Shown here: piece by piece, positions 44,427 through 54,400 of the stretch | Layout of the letters: each line of letters opens with the position of its first letter | How positions within the stretch are numbered: the first letter of the stretch is position 1 | Assembly (NCBI GenBank): GCA_903936775.1 | Contig: CAIZWU010000099.1 | Coordinates: forward strand, 3,043 to 67,042 | Direction: 5' to 3' | DNA from: an uncultured bacterium | GTDB taxonomy: Bacteria; Verrucomicrobiota; Verrucomicrobiia; Verrucomicrobiales; V1-33 | DNA length: 64,000 nt | The notes under the pieces: generated by a model | Seen by the model: only the letters and a program-made list of their open reading frames with translations | Database searches by the model: none | What the model was told of the DNA's origin: nothing | Position numbers and translations under genes: made by a program

Positions 44427-44831
44427 TTAGTCCGGCTCATCCTCGCGGTCCTCGTCTTCCGGAAAATTTTCAAAACACCAAAACATCATCGCCAAATCTT
44501 TGAAAGTATAGTCCGCACCGCTGCGGACGGCGACCAGCCCAACATCTTCAATCCTGCCAGCTTTGTCCCACTCGTACAATTCATGACTGATCATCGGTGA
44601 ACGGCAGACCACGACCTCTCCCGTCCTGACATCCAGCATGAATCTCTCTGCGTATTCGCTGAATGCCACTTGGATAAAGCCGTCTTTGGCAATTCCCGGC
44701 GGGCCATTTTTGAATTGAGCCAGAATGCATCTCGTCCCCTCGACTCTGATCCCATTGTTCCCTTCCGGATCCGCATCTGCGATCCTGAATGCTCTCCGGG
44801 TGACAAGCTTATCAAAATATTCGACAACCAT
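44427..44831 (-). CDS. Hypothetical protein in a low-GC islet (acidic C-terminal tail)
   Basis: ORF with visibly lower GC than its surroundings. ATG 44831 (MVVEYFDKLV) is preferred over the track start at 44897. Ends in ..FPEDEDREDEPD. No family recognised. Confidence 0.45.
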   Translation of the reverse strand: MVVEYFDKLVTRRAFRIADADPEGNNGIRVEGTRCILAQFKNGPPGIAKDGFIQVAFSEYAERFMLDVRTGEVVVCRSPMISHELYEWDKAGRIEDVGLVAVRSGADYTFKDLAMMFWCFENFPEDEDREDEPD

Positions 44832-45060
44832 CCGGGGGCATCTGAAGCAACTCCGATGAGTTGTAGCCCGATTGAATAGTCCACAGGAAATCCGCACCCT
44901 TGATTTTGCAGGGAATTCCTACTTTTCTGAGCAGACGAAGCCATTGATACCAAAAACGATCCAGCCAACGCCGAATCCCCGCCAACTTCAGGCAATTGAT
45001 ATCGGACAGTGCCGGCTCCATATCTGAATGACCGCGCAGGAATTCGGCAGGAAAGCCCTG

Positions 45061-45441
45061 CTATTTTGCCTCGTAATCCACCACCACCGCCTTGGCGAGG
45101 TGGGGTTTGATGAGGGTGACAAATTTTTCGTGTTCCGGGTGGTGGAGATAACCGGACTCCAGAGCCGCCTTGCTCTCGAAGCCAACTGAGAAAACGTGGG
45201 TCAGCTCAGGATTCATTTTTTCAGGGCTGACATTGAGGCCCCACTCAAAGCTCTTCACAGCCGGGATGCTTTTGGAGAGGGCTTTGAAGGCGGTGGCGAT
45301 CTCCTCGATCTTCGCTGGAGGAGTCCCCTCTTTGAAGCCGAAAATGACAATATGACGGTAGGGAGCAGGTTCAGCGGCCATGGTGGTGAAAGGAGTGAGG
45401 AGCAGCGTAGCGGTGAGCAGGGAGAAGGTGAGGCGTTTCAT
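45061..45441 (-). CDS. Secreted Dabb (stress-responsive alpha/beta-barrel) domain protein
   Basis: Signal peptide MKRLTFSLLTATLLLTPFTTMA. Dabb pattern YRHIVIFGFKEG ... HPEHEKFV. Confidence 0.85.
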   Translation of the reverse strand: MKRLTFSLLTATLLLTPFTTMAAEPAPYRHIVIFGFKEGTPPAKIEEIATAFKALSKSIPAVKSFEWGLNVSPEKMNPELTHVFSVGFESKAALESGYLHHPEHEKFVTLIKPHLAKAVVVDYEAK

Positions 45442-45486
45442 GGGGTGGGATGGAATGGGATGTGATGGTTCGCGGGGTTGAATGAA

Positions 45487-46434
45487 TCAGGCGCGGGTGG
45501 CTTCCACGGCTACGGCGGCGCTGCCGATGATACCGGCGTCGTTGCCGAAGTGCGCGGGGACCACTTTGAGGTTTTTGGTGAAGCTGGGAGCGAGTTGCAC
45601 TTTCATCTTTTTCCAAAGCGGGTCGAAAATGAGTTTACCGGCTTTGGCGATGCCGCCGCCGATCACAATGCGGTCGGGATTGAGCAGCCAGACGGTATTG
45701 ACCAGACCGGTGGCGAGCTGGCTGGTGAATTCATCCCAGACCTGCATGGCCACCGGGTCCTTTTTCTTCACCGAAGCAGCGAGTCCGCGGGGGGTAAGTT
45801 CTTCCTGGGATTTTTGGATTTTGGCTTTCCGGTAAAGGAAGGCGGCCCGTTTGGTCAGGGGCGCGATCCCGGTATAACTCTCGAGCGCACCGACATTGCC
45901 GTGCACAAAAACCGGGCCACGGTAATCGATACTCATCTGACCGACCTCACCCGCGCCAAAACTGCTGCCGCGGTACAGGTGACCATCCAGGACCAAACCG
46001 CCACCGACCCCGGTGCCCAGGGTGATGGCGATCATGTTGCGGGCGCCCTGCCCGGCCCCGTGGGCAAATTCGGCAAAACACATGGCGTTGGCGTCGTTTT
46101 CGGCGAAGCAAGGCAGCCCCGTAGATTCGGTCAGGAGATTGCGCAGCGGCACCTCCTTCCAGCCCGGCACGTTGGTCAATTCATGCACCACCCCGCGCTG
46201 CACATCGACAAACCCCGGCACCCCGATCCCAAGGGCCTCAATGGCGGGAAATTGGCTGCGCAATTGATGCACCCGGCGGGTGATTTCCTTGATGAGTGCC
46301 TTGGGACCTTTGAAGTCGCCGGTGATGATCGGGTCACCGGTGTGCAGGATTTCTGCGCCGCGCACCACGCCGTATTTCACGGAGGTGCCGCCCATATCGA
46401 TGCCGATCGCCAAAGGTTGGTCGCTGATACTCAT
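45487..46434 (-). CDS. ROK-family sugar kinase (glucokinase-like)
   Basis: ATP-binding start IGIDMGGTSVKYGVV. ROK blocks ENDANAMCFAEFAHGAG ... TLGTGVGGGLVLDGHLYRG. Confidence 0.88.
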   Translation of the reverse strand: MSISDQPLAIGIDMGGTSVKYGVVRGAEILHTGDPIITGDFKGPKALIKEITRRVHQLRSQFPAIEALGIGVPGFVDVQRGVVHELTNVPGWKEVPLRNLLTESTGLPCFAENDANAMCFAEFAHGAGQGARNMIAITLGTGVGGGLVLDGHLYRGSSFGAGEVGQMSIDYRGPVFVHGNVGALESYTGIAPLTKRAAFLYRKAKIQKSQEELTPRGLAASVKKKDPVAMQVWDEFTSQLATGLVNTVWLLNPDRIVIGGGIAKAGKLIFDPLWKKMKVQLAPSFTKNLKVVPAHFGNDAGIIGSAAVAVEATRA

Positions 46435-46588
46435 GGAGGATAAAGGGTCAGTAAGATGGTTTGGAGGAAATCCGTGGAGACAGCGCCCATCATGAAACAG
46501 GAAACGCCCGCGTCACGTGATTTTTGCAATTCATCACCACTCCCCAACCCGGCCCGTCAGGGCCGTCAAAGGAGTATCCTCCCTGCCG

Positions 46589-46894
46589 TTATGGATTCAG
46601 CCGGACCAGGGTGGCACCCCAGCCTCCAGCCGCGCCGGCCGCGGGGTGGGTCCACGAGGCGACGTGCCCGGCGAGGCGCGGCAGCAGGGCGTGGACTCCC
46701 ATACGGAGACTGCCACTCCCCTTGCCGTGGATAACGCGGACGGTCAGGATGCCCCGGGCCCGGCATTCTTCAAACCAAGCCGGCAGGAGATCCGGGAGAT
46801 CGCGGGGGCGGTAAGTGTGCAAATCCAAGTCGCCGGAGACCAGCACCCGGATCGGCTCGTCCGGCGGCCCGGCAGATTCCGGCTCAGGAGCCAT
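46589..46894 (-). CDS. Smr (MutS2-related small endonuclease) domain protein
   Basis: LDLHTYRPRDL ... LTVRVIHGKGSGSLR is the Smr core. Its ATG overlaps the DUF1501 stop by 1 nt (TGATG). Confidence 0.8.
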   Translation of the reverse strand: MAPEPESAGPPDEPIRVLVSGDLDLHTYRPRDLPDLLPAWFEECRARGILTVRVIHGKGSGSLRMGVHALLPRLAGHVASWTHPAAGAAGGWGATLVRLNP

Positions 46895-48357
46895 CAGGCC
46901 ATCAGGGCCGCGATGGCCTTGGCAGGTTCCACTCCGGTGAGGCGTTGATCCAACCCCTGGTAACGGACGGTGAACCTTTCATGGTCAAAGCCCAGCAGCT
47001 TGAGCACCGTCGCGTGGAAATCGTGGATATGGACGGGGTCCTTGACGATGTTGTAGGAAAATTCGTCGGTTTCGCCGTGGACAGTGCCGGGCTTGGAGCC
47101 TCCGCCAGCCATCCACATGGTGAAACAGCGCGGATGATGGTCACGGCCATATTTGTCAGGACTGATACCGCCCTGGCTATAGATGGTACGACCGAATTCG
47201 CCGCCCCAAATGACAAGGGTATCGTCATAAAGGCCGCGCTGCTTCAGGTCCTGGATGAGTCCCCAGCAGGGCTGATCCACGTCCATGCACTGATAGTTCA
47301 TGCGCCCCGGGAGATTGGAGTGGTGGTCCCAATTATTGTGATAGATCTGAACGAAGCGGACTCCCCGTTCGGCCATCCGTCGGGCCAGCAGGGCGGACCT
47401 TGCAAAGCTGCCTGGCTTGTCCACGTCCGGACCGTAAAGCTCCTTGGTGCTGGCGGGTTCGCTGGCCAGATCCGTCAGTTCCGGCACACTGCTCTGCATG
47501 CGGAAGGCCATTTCATACTGCTGGATCCGGGTGTGGGTCTCAGGGTCACCGACCTGTTGGTAATTGATCTCATTGAGCGCCTTCAGGCCATCAAGCGTAT
47601 TGCGCCGGGCACCGGCGGAAACTCCGGGCGGGTTGTTGATATAGAGGATGGGATCGACCCCGCTGCGGAATCCGACGCCTGCGTGTTCGCCAGGCAGATA
47701 CCCACTGCCCCAGAGGCGGGCGGAGATGGCTTGGATCTGCTCGGTGTTGGTGGGCTTGGCGACAAGGACCACAAAGGTGGGGAGGTCGTTGTTGGCCGAG
47801 CCCAACCCGTAGGAAACCCATGAACCAAGACAGGGGCGGCCGCTGATCTGGGTGCCTGTCTGCATCAGGGTGATGCCGGGTTCGTGATTGATGGCCTCGG
47901 TGTGCATCGAGCGGATGAAGCACATGTCATCCACCATGCGGGAAGTGTACGGGAGCATCTCACTGACCCACATGCCGGACTGGCCGTATTGTTTGAAGGA
48001 ATACTTGCTGGGAGCGATGGGGAAGCGGGCCTGCCCGCTGGTCATGCCGGTGAGACGCTGGCCCATGCGGATACTGTCAGGAAGGTCCTTGTCGTAGAAC
48101 TCCTTCATCTTCGGCTTGTAGTCGTAGAGGTCCATCTGGGACGGACCTCCCACCATGTGCAGGTAAATGACGCGTTTGGCCTTGGGCGCAAAATGGTTCA
48201 CCGCGCGCATGGCCGCCGCCGGGTCCGAGGCATCCGCATCCGTGATCCCCGCCCGTTGCATGAGGGTGGTGAGGGCGGCAAAACCGAGCGCATTCTTGCC
48301 TTGGGCGAAGAACTGGCGGCGGGTTTCGTAGCGGGTGTATTCGGAAAGCAGAGTCAT
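46894..48357 (-). CDS. DUF1501 domain protein (second copy; Tat-type leader)
   Basis: Start moved to ATG 48357 (MTLLSEYTRYETRRQFFAQGKNALGFAALTTLM). Blocks RVIYLHMVGGPSQMDLYDYKP and YGRDHHPRCFTMWMAGGG are paralogous to 3878-5320. Confidence 0.9.
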   Translation of the reverse strand: MTLLSEYTRYETRRQFFAQGKNALGFAALTTLMQRAGITDADASDPAAAMRAVNHFAPKAKRVIYLHMVGGPSQMDLYDYKPKMKEFYDKDLPDSIRMGQRLTGMTSGQARFPIAPSKYSFKQYGQSGMWVSEMLPYTSRMVDDMCFIRSMHTEAINHEPGITLMQTGTQISGRPCLGSWVSYGLGSANNDLPTFVVLVAKPTNTEQIQAISARLWGSGYLPGEHAGVGFRSGVDPILYINNPPGVSAGARRNTLDGLKALNEINYQQVGDPETHTRIQQYEMAFRMQSSVPELTDLASEPASTKELYGPDVDKPGSFARSALLARRMAERGVRFVQIYHNNWDHHSNLPGRMNYQCMDVDQPCWGLIQDLKQRGLYDDTLVIWGGEFGRTIYSQGGISPDKYGRDHHPRCFTMWMAGGGSKPGTVHGETDEFSYNIVKDPVHIHDFHATVLKLLGFDHERFTVRYQGLDQRLTGVEPAKAIAALMA

Positions 48358-48449
48358 TGGAAGCAAAGGGCAACTATGACCTATACGCCCGGGAGGCGCT
48401 TGTTCTACCACTCAATCAGGGAAGCGGGATTCCCGGACGGAGGGGGGAG

Positions 48450-51400
48450 TCACTGGGTAGCGGCAGAGACGCGGTAGAACCGGCGGGGCTCACCCGGGGT
48501 GGGGGTGAAGCTCCAGGAACCGGTTCCGGTCAAGGTCTGCACCGTCACCCAACCCGTCAGCGGAGTGCAGGATTGCACCCGGTAGATGACTCCAGCCACA
48601 CTTGGCCAGGTCAGGGTCATGTCTCCGCCCGGATTCGCCGTGAGGTTCGCTGCCGGCAGGCTGCCCGGGCTGTTGGGATTGGTGCCGAAGAGGGCTTCCA
48701 CCGCATCAGTAGCGCCGTCCCCATCCGTATCGAGACCGCCTTCACTGCCGGGAGTGCCGCCGTTGGCCGCGCTGGCGCGCCAGTTGGAAGGCAGGTTGTA
48801 GTCCCCATTCACATCGATCACTTCCATGGAGGGGCCGGTGCCGCGGGACGCCTGCGGCCATGGGATATCCACCCCGTAATCGAAGTCGTGAATGGCATTG
48901 GCCGTGGGATCCAACAGGACAATCTTCTCTCCTGTGTTGCTGAGACTGCCCCGGGTCCATGGCGGGGCGAGGCGCGGGGTCAGGCCGTAGAGACTGCGGA
49001 AGAGGGTGACGTTATCGGTGAGGCAGATGAATCCCCCGGGCGCTAGGTTTTCGTTGCCGAAGGTGTAGGCCAACTCCGGCGTGCCCGCCATGGAGAAGGG
49101 ATTGCCGATCCCGAAACTGACCCCGCTGAGGTCGATGGCCTGCGTGCCGGTATTCCGCAGTTCGATGAACTCCACGCCACCCGGGGCCGGGAAATAATGG
49201 AGCTCGGTGATCCGGAGGTTGTTGAGGAGACTGTTGGTGGCTGTGGGATCGGCCAGCAGCAGATAGTCAAATCCGATCCGCACCGTGGTGGCCTGTGAGG
49301 TGGAAACAAACAAGCCTCCATCCAAAGCCACCGATCCCGCAGGCAGGGCCTGGGTGAAAAGCGTTGTCCACACCGTGCCATTCCGCCGCTGGAATAACAA
49401 GGATGCCCCATTGCGCACGATCCGGAGGGCAGCCCCACTGCCAGTGACTGCCGTGGTGGAGAGGGTCGTGTAGTTTGAGGGAAGCGCCGCCCGCTGGACC
49501 AGCAGATTGACCCCGGCGTCGAGGCCAAACGCATAGCGCACGATGGTGCCGCCCTCATTCACCTGCACCAGCAGGCCAGCGCGCCAATTTCCGAATTCAC
49601 GCGTGTCAGGACGGAAGTCGCTTTGCAGCATGAAATCGGTCGAATCGGGCAGATCACGCATCACCTGCGGGTGGGTGAAGGCAGGGGCCTCCAGCGGCTT
49701 GGCCGAGTCGTCCAACACCTGGATGAGCAGCCGGCCGGTCGTATCTTCCACCGAATACCAGGTGGAAGGCGAGAAATTGTCCCGCTCCTCCAGATTAGTC
49801 AGGTTAAACTCCGGACCGAGGGGATTCCCTCCTGTGAAGGAGGCGAAGCCCGAGGTGTTGAAAACGCTGAACTCACGCGTCACGGTGGTGATCTGCGATA
49901 CCGCATCGACGACCTGCAGGGTCAGGATATAACTGCCGGGAACCGTAAAGCGGGCGGTGGCCTTGCCAAACTCCGGCTGCGTCAGGAAGGCGCCCGTGGC
50001 AGGACTGACGCTCCAGAGATAACTCAACGCAAGGCCTTCGGGATCAACGCTGCCGGTAGCATCCAGCAGCAGGGTCTCTCCCAGGGCCACATTGCCGGAG
50101 CCCGGATTGGTCACCAGCGAAGCGACCGGCGGGGCATTGCCCGTCAGGGTGACCGCGAAAGAAAGGGTTCCCCCCACGGCACCGTCGCCGTTGATACTGC
50201 GAACGCTCAGCGTGTTCAGCCCGGAGGTCAGCGCCACATTCGTCAAGGTCCACAACCCGTTATTGGCCGAGGTCGGCACCCAACTGAACACCGCTTCCGG
50301 ATGACCCGGGATATCCACATAGGCCACTTTGGTGGAAGCCGCCCCGGCGATGGTGAACCGCGGAGTGGTCACCGTTTGTCCCTGCGCGGTCGAGATGCTG
50401 AAGGGACGGTTGTAGTTGGTGGTGGTAATGAAGCTGAGGGCCGGGCTCCGGCGGTTGGTGAACCAGGTGGGGTAGCTGAAGCCGTTGGTCTTGAAGGGGG
50501 CCAAACCGTTGGAGTTGGCCGACTGGTAATTCATGGCCGCCAGCCACGCGTTCATCCGGGCGGAACTCGAAATGGTGTAACGGTCGATCAGTTGGGAGAG
50601 ATAGTAGTTCATCTTCTGTTTGAACCACGGACGGGCAGTCAGGTTGGTCCAGCCGGTTCCTCCAGCGCTTCCGAGAAACGCTTCAGCGGTATTTTGAAAA
50701 GCCAGATCACTATCCCAGTGGTGAAATTCGAAACGGCCATCGTTGGGCCGACGGTAGAAATAGCTATTTTTTCCGCGGTTCATGGTGAAATTATCCCAAT
50801 CTCCAACATACCCCCGCACCGCCGCATAGAGGGCGGCCCGGTCGGCATCCAGCACCCGGTCCATGCGTTCCCGGTAGGAAACCTCCTGGGCGGCGGTCAC
50901 GGCGGCATTGCCATTGACGGCGGTTTTGATCATCGAGGACAACGCCGCATAATCATACCGCTCTTCCGGGAAGCGGACGGGCCAGTTGCCATGGAAAAAG
51001 ATGGGACTTTCGTCGCTTGGCGTGGCGGGGGTGGAGTTATTCCAGTCCCGCAGCTCCCATCGCCCAGTCACGCTTCCAGCGTCCAACCGGTCGTCCATGT
51101 TGTTGGTGTCATACATGAACCAGGCATCATCAATTTCAAAGAGTTCTCCCTCTGACCCGTCAGCATAGGCCCGGTCAAAAAAGTCGCTGTCGGTCTGTTC
51201 CTGTTCATCCCCGATGCGGGGGGCGTCACCATTGACGATTTGTTGGATGAACTCAGCATCCGGCACCGGATAACCAAAGAGATAAAGCATGTGCCGCACG
51301 ATCCGGTTGTGAAAGCGGGAGACCCCGGCGGAATCGTTGTCCACCCCGGATTTGGTCCGTTCCCGGAACAGTTGATCGCCCGGCGGCTTCCAGCGGGTGC

Positions 51401-54400
51401 GGTCCAGGGTATTGGCCGAAGTGCGGGTCCAAGGGCTGCCGCCCCGGCGGAGTTCGCAGTTATACAGCACCTCGGTCTCGTTGAAGATCATGGTGGAATT
51501 GAAGCCGTAGTTGGACATGCGGGGGTGGTTCCAGTCATAGGCAAGGCTGAATCCAGTGGAAGCATTGAGGGCATTCCGGTGATACACGGAAATAATGTTC
51601 CGCTGGATCAGGGTGCCCGGCAGCACGGAAGGCACGGTATTCGCCACGATCCACATTCCCGGGCGGGTCGCGCCCTGCCGCGGACACTCGTTTTCCTGCC
51701 CGTTGGCAGCTGCGGCCTTGATGTAAAACTGGGTGATCGCGGCGTTGGCCCGCGCCGGCACCGTGGCAGACCAGATCCCGTCGCCGGCCAGGACATCACC
51801 ATTCGTCCCGCCATCGTTCATGGCCAGGGTGGTCCAGGCCGCATTGATGTTCGTTGAATCCAACCGTTGGAGCAGCGAGACGGCCCCGAGGGGCGTCGCA
51901 GAGGAAACCCGGGCCGAAACCACGACTGGCTGAGTGGAGGTCGGCACCGGAGGCGAGTGTTTCATGAAATCCACTTCCGGAGCAGGAGCCGCGATGCCCC
52001 TTGAATTGGCCGCCCCGGGCGTGCCCAGGTTGTTGGGGACCGGGAAGCGGAACAGCTTGCCAAAGCTGCGGTCCCAGGTCTGGGCCACCATCAGCGGCAT
52101 CCCATACAGCCAGCGGCCTTCGAAGGTCAGGGTCAGAACATCATTCGGCAGCAAGCCTGTCAGGTCGACCTGGGCCAGGTTCGCCTTGGTATCGCCGGTG
52201 CCCTGACTGATCAGGTGGAAACCGGGATCCCCCGTGATCGTGGCACCAACCCGAGGCAGCGTATCACTGTCGCAATGCGTTCCGGTGCAGAGGAATCCGA
52301 AGGAACCATTATTGACCCCGGTGCCGCTGTGGGAGGTGGCGTCGCCTTTCGCGATCATATTCACCGTGGGAGCCGTGGCCTTGCTCAGTTTGATGTTCCT
52401 CAGCAGCACATGGCCATCCCCCACGAGGTTGACCAGCAACTCCCGGGAAGTACTGGCGCCCGGCCCGATCCCGCGCAGCTCCTTGTAGGTGCCGGTGTGG
52501 GTGAAAGTCTGAAAGGTGGTCTTCCCCGTCTCATCGCTGGCCCGCCAGGAGGACGGCTGGCTGTTATCCATCGCCGGATTCAGTAGTTCGAGGCTGCTGC
52601 CTTCGCCGCCCGCCCCAACCGGCCACTGCCCCCCTTGTTTGTAGTCCACCAGATCGGCGAGGTTGCCGCGGGCATCTTCCAGCCGGAGTTTCTCCCCATT
52701 GTTGCGCAGGCTGCCATTGAAGGGCCCCTTGATTCCGGTCAGCCCGGGATAGTTGGCGGTCATCCACGCCGGGTCTTTGGCCAGGACCAGCCAAGCCCCC
52801 GCCGCCAATGTCGTACCGGCCGGAAAGTCATACGAAATCCCGTCGGTGAAGGCCCAGCCTTCCAGATTCACCGCCGCCCCACTTTGGTTATACAATTCAA
52901 TGAATTCCCCTTCCTCATGGGCCGACGGCGGCTTGGCCATGATCTCGGTGATCACCACCGCAGTCTCCCGGACCGGATTGTTGGCCGCATCGCGCGTATC
53001 GGCGGCCGTGGCATACCATTCATTCTCCCCGGCCGGCCACGCCTGGACCGAGGGAAGCCCCACCCGGCGTTTTACTTCTGTCGCGGCAAGGATATTATTG
53101 GCGGCATCGCTCAAGAAAAGGCGCAGGTCGCCGCCGGCATCCGTGGGGAAGTCCACCGCCACGCTGACATACCCGCCCGCGGCCAGACTACCAGCCAACG
53201 GCACCCGGCCCACCAGATCCGGGGAAGACGACAAGTAGAATCCGGCCAACGACTGGGCACCTGTTCCCTTGTTATAAATTTCCACCCAGTCCGCCCGGCC
53301 AGTGCCGGCGAAATGGACTTCGCTCAGTGCCACGGTGGGCGCCGGTGCGGTCACATTTGACAGACCGCGCGACGGTTCGGTGAACAGCACCCAGGTGCTG
53401 CCCCCATCCGGCTTGCGTCCTATCGAGCGCCCATCCACCACCAAGCTGGACTGAAACGCCGCCTGCCGTGTCAGACCATCCGGCTGGGTCAGGATCACCG
53501 GCACCGGATAAGTGATGCCCAGACCGCTCTCCGCAAAACCCACCGCCGCCATGCCCCCGGCCGGCACCACCGTGGGGACGGTGATCTTGTATTTTGTCAG
53601 CGAGGCTTCGGTATCACTGAGATAATAACCGTTCAGGTCGACCGCCGCTCCCGTGGGATTGTAGAATTCCACAAATCCCACTCCCACCGCCGTCGAGGGA
53701 CGCACTTCATTGATCATCACACCGCCGGCGACGAAGGTTCCTCCCACCGCCGGAGCCGAGATGCGCAGTCGTGCTCCGAAATAGATATCATCATTCGAGA
53801 CGGTGCTCTGGTGCACCTCTGCCGTGAGCACATTGGTTCCGCTCACTAATTGGCCTCCCAACGTTCCGTTCGGCAGATTGATTTCCTGTATAGCATCCCC
53901 GCCGCTCGGCGTGCCGGTAGCGAGGGTGGTATGGGTGGGGATTCCGGCGGCCATACGCACCCGGCCGAGATTGGCGCCTTTCAGTTCCTGCCCATTGAGA
54001 TAATAAACGACACCGTCATCCACCCATTGATCGATCCCAAAAGTATTCCCTGTCGCAGCACCTGTCCAATTGAAGGTGGTCCGGAAATAATAGGTAATCG
54101 TCGAGTTGGCATATCCGGTGGTGAAACTGGTGCCCCGTTGCGCCTGCAAAGCCGCATTGTTCGGATCGTGGCCAAAAAAGCCCGCGGAAGGCCCCTGCCA
54201 CGTGCTGTCATTGAATGCCGTCCCATACCAACTGCCTTCCGGCCCGGCCCCATCCGGATCCGCCGGATCCAACCAGTATTTCCAAGCACTGGAAAAATCC
54301 ACGACAGCCAAGTCCAGTTTTTTCTCATTCGCGGTCAGGGTTTCCGCCAAAGCCGGCTCCGCCACCCCCGGGGTTCCCCCGGCATACCGGCTCGCCCGCC

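Noticed and set aside
46540-46560. CCGGCCCGTCAGGGCC shares a 9-mer (TGACGGGCC on the opposite strand) with the MITE terminal repeat; considered as a possible second, solo terminal repeat.
   Set aside because: Only 9 nt match, with no flanking similarity and no target-site duplication. That is within chance expectation for GC-rich sequence of this length.
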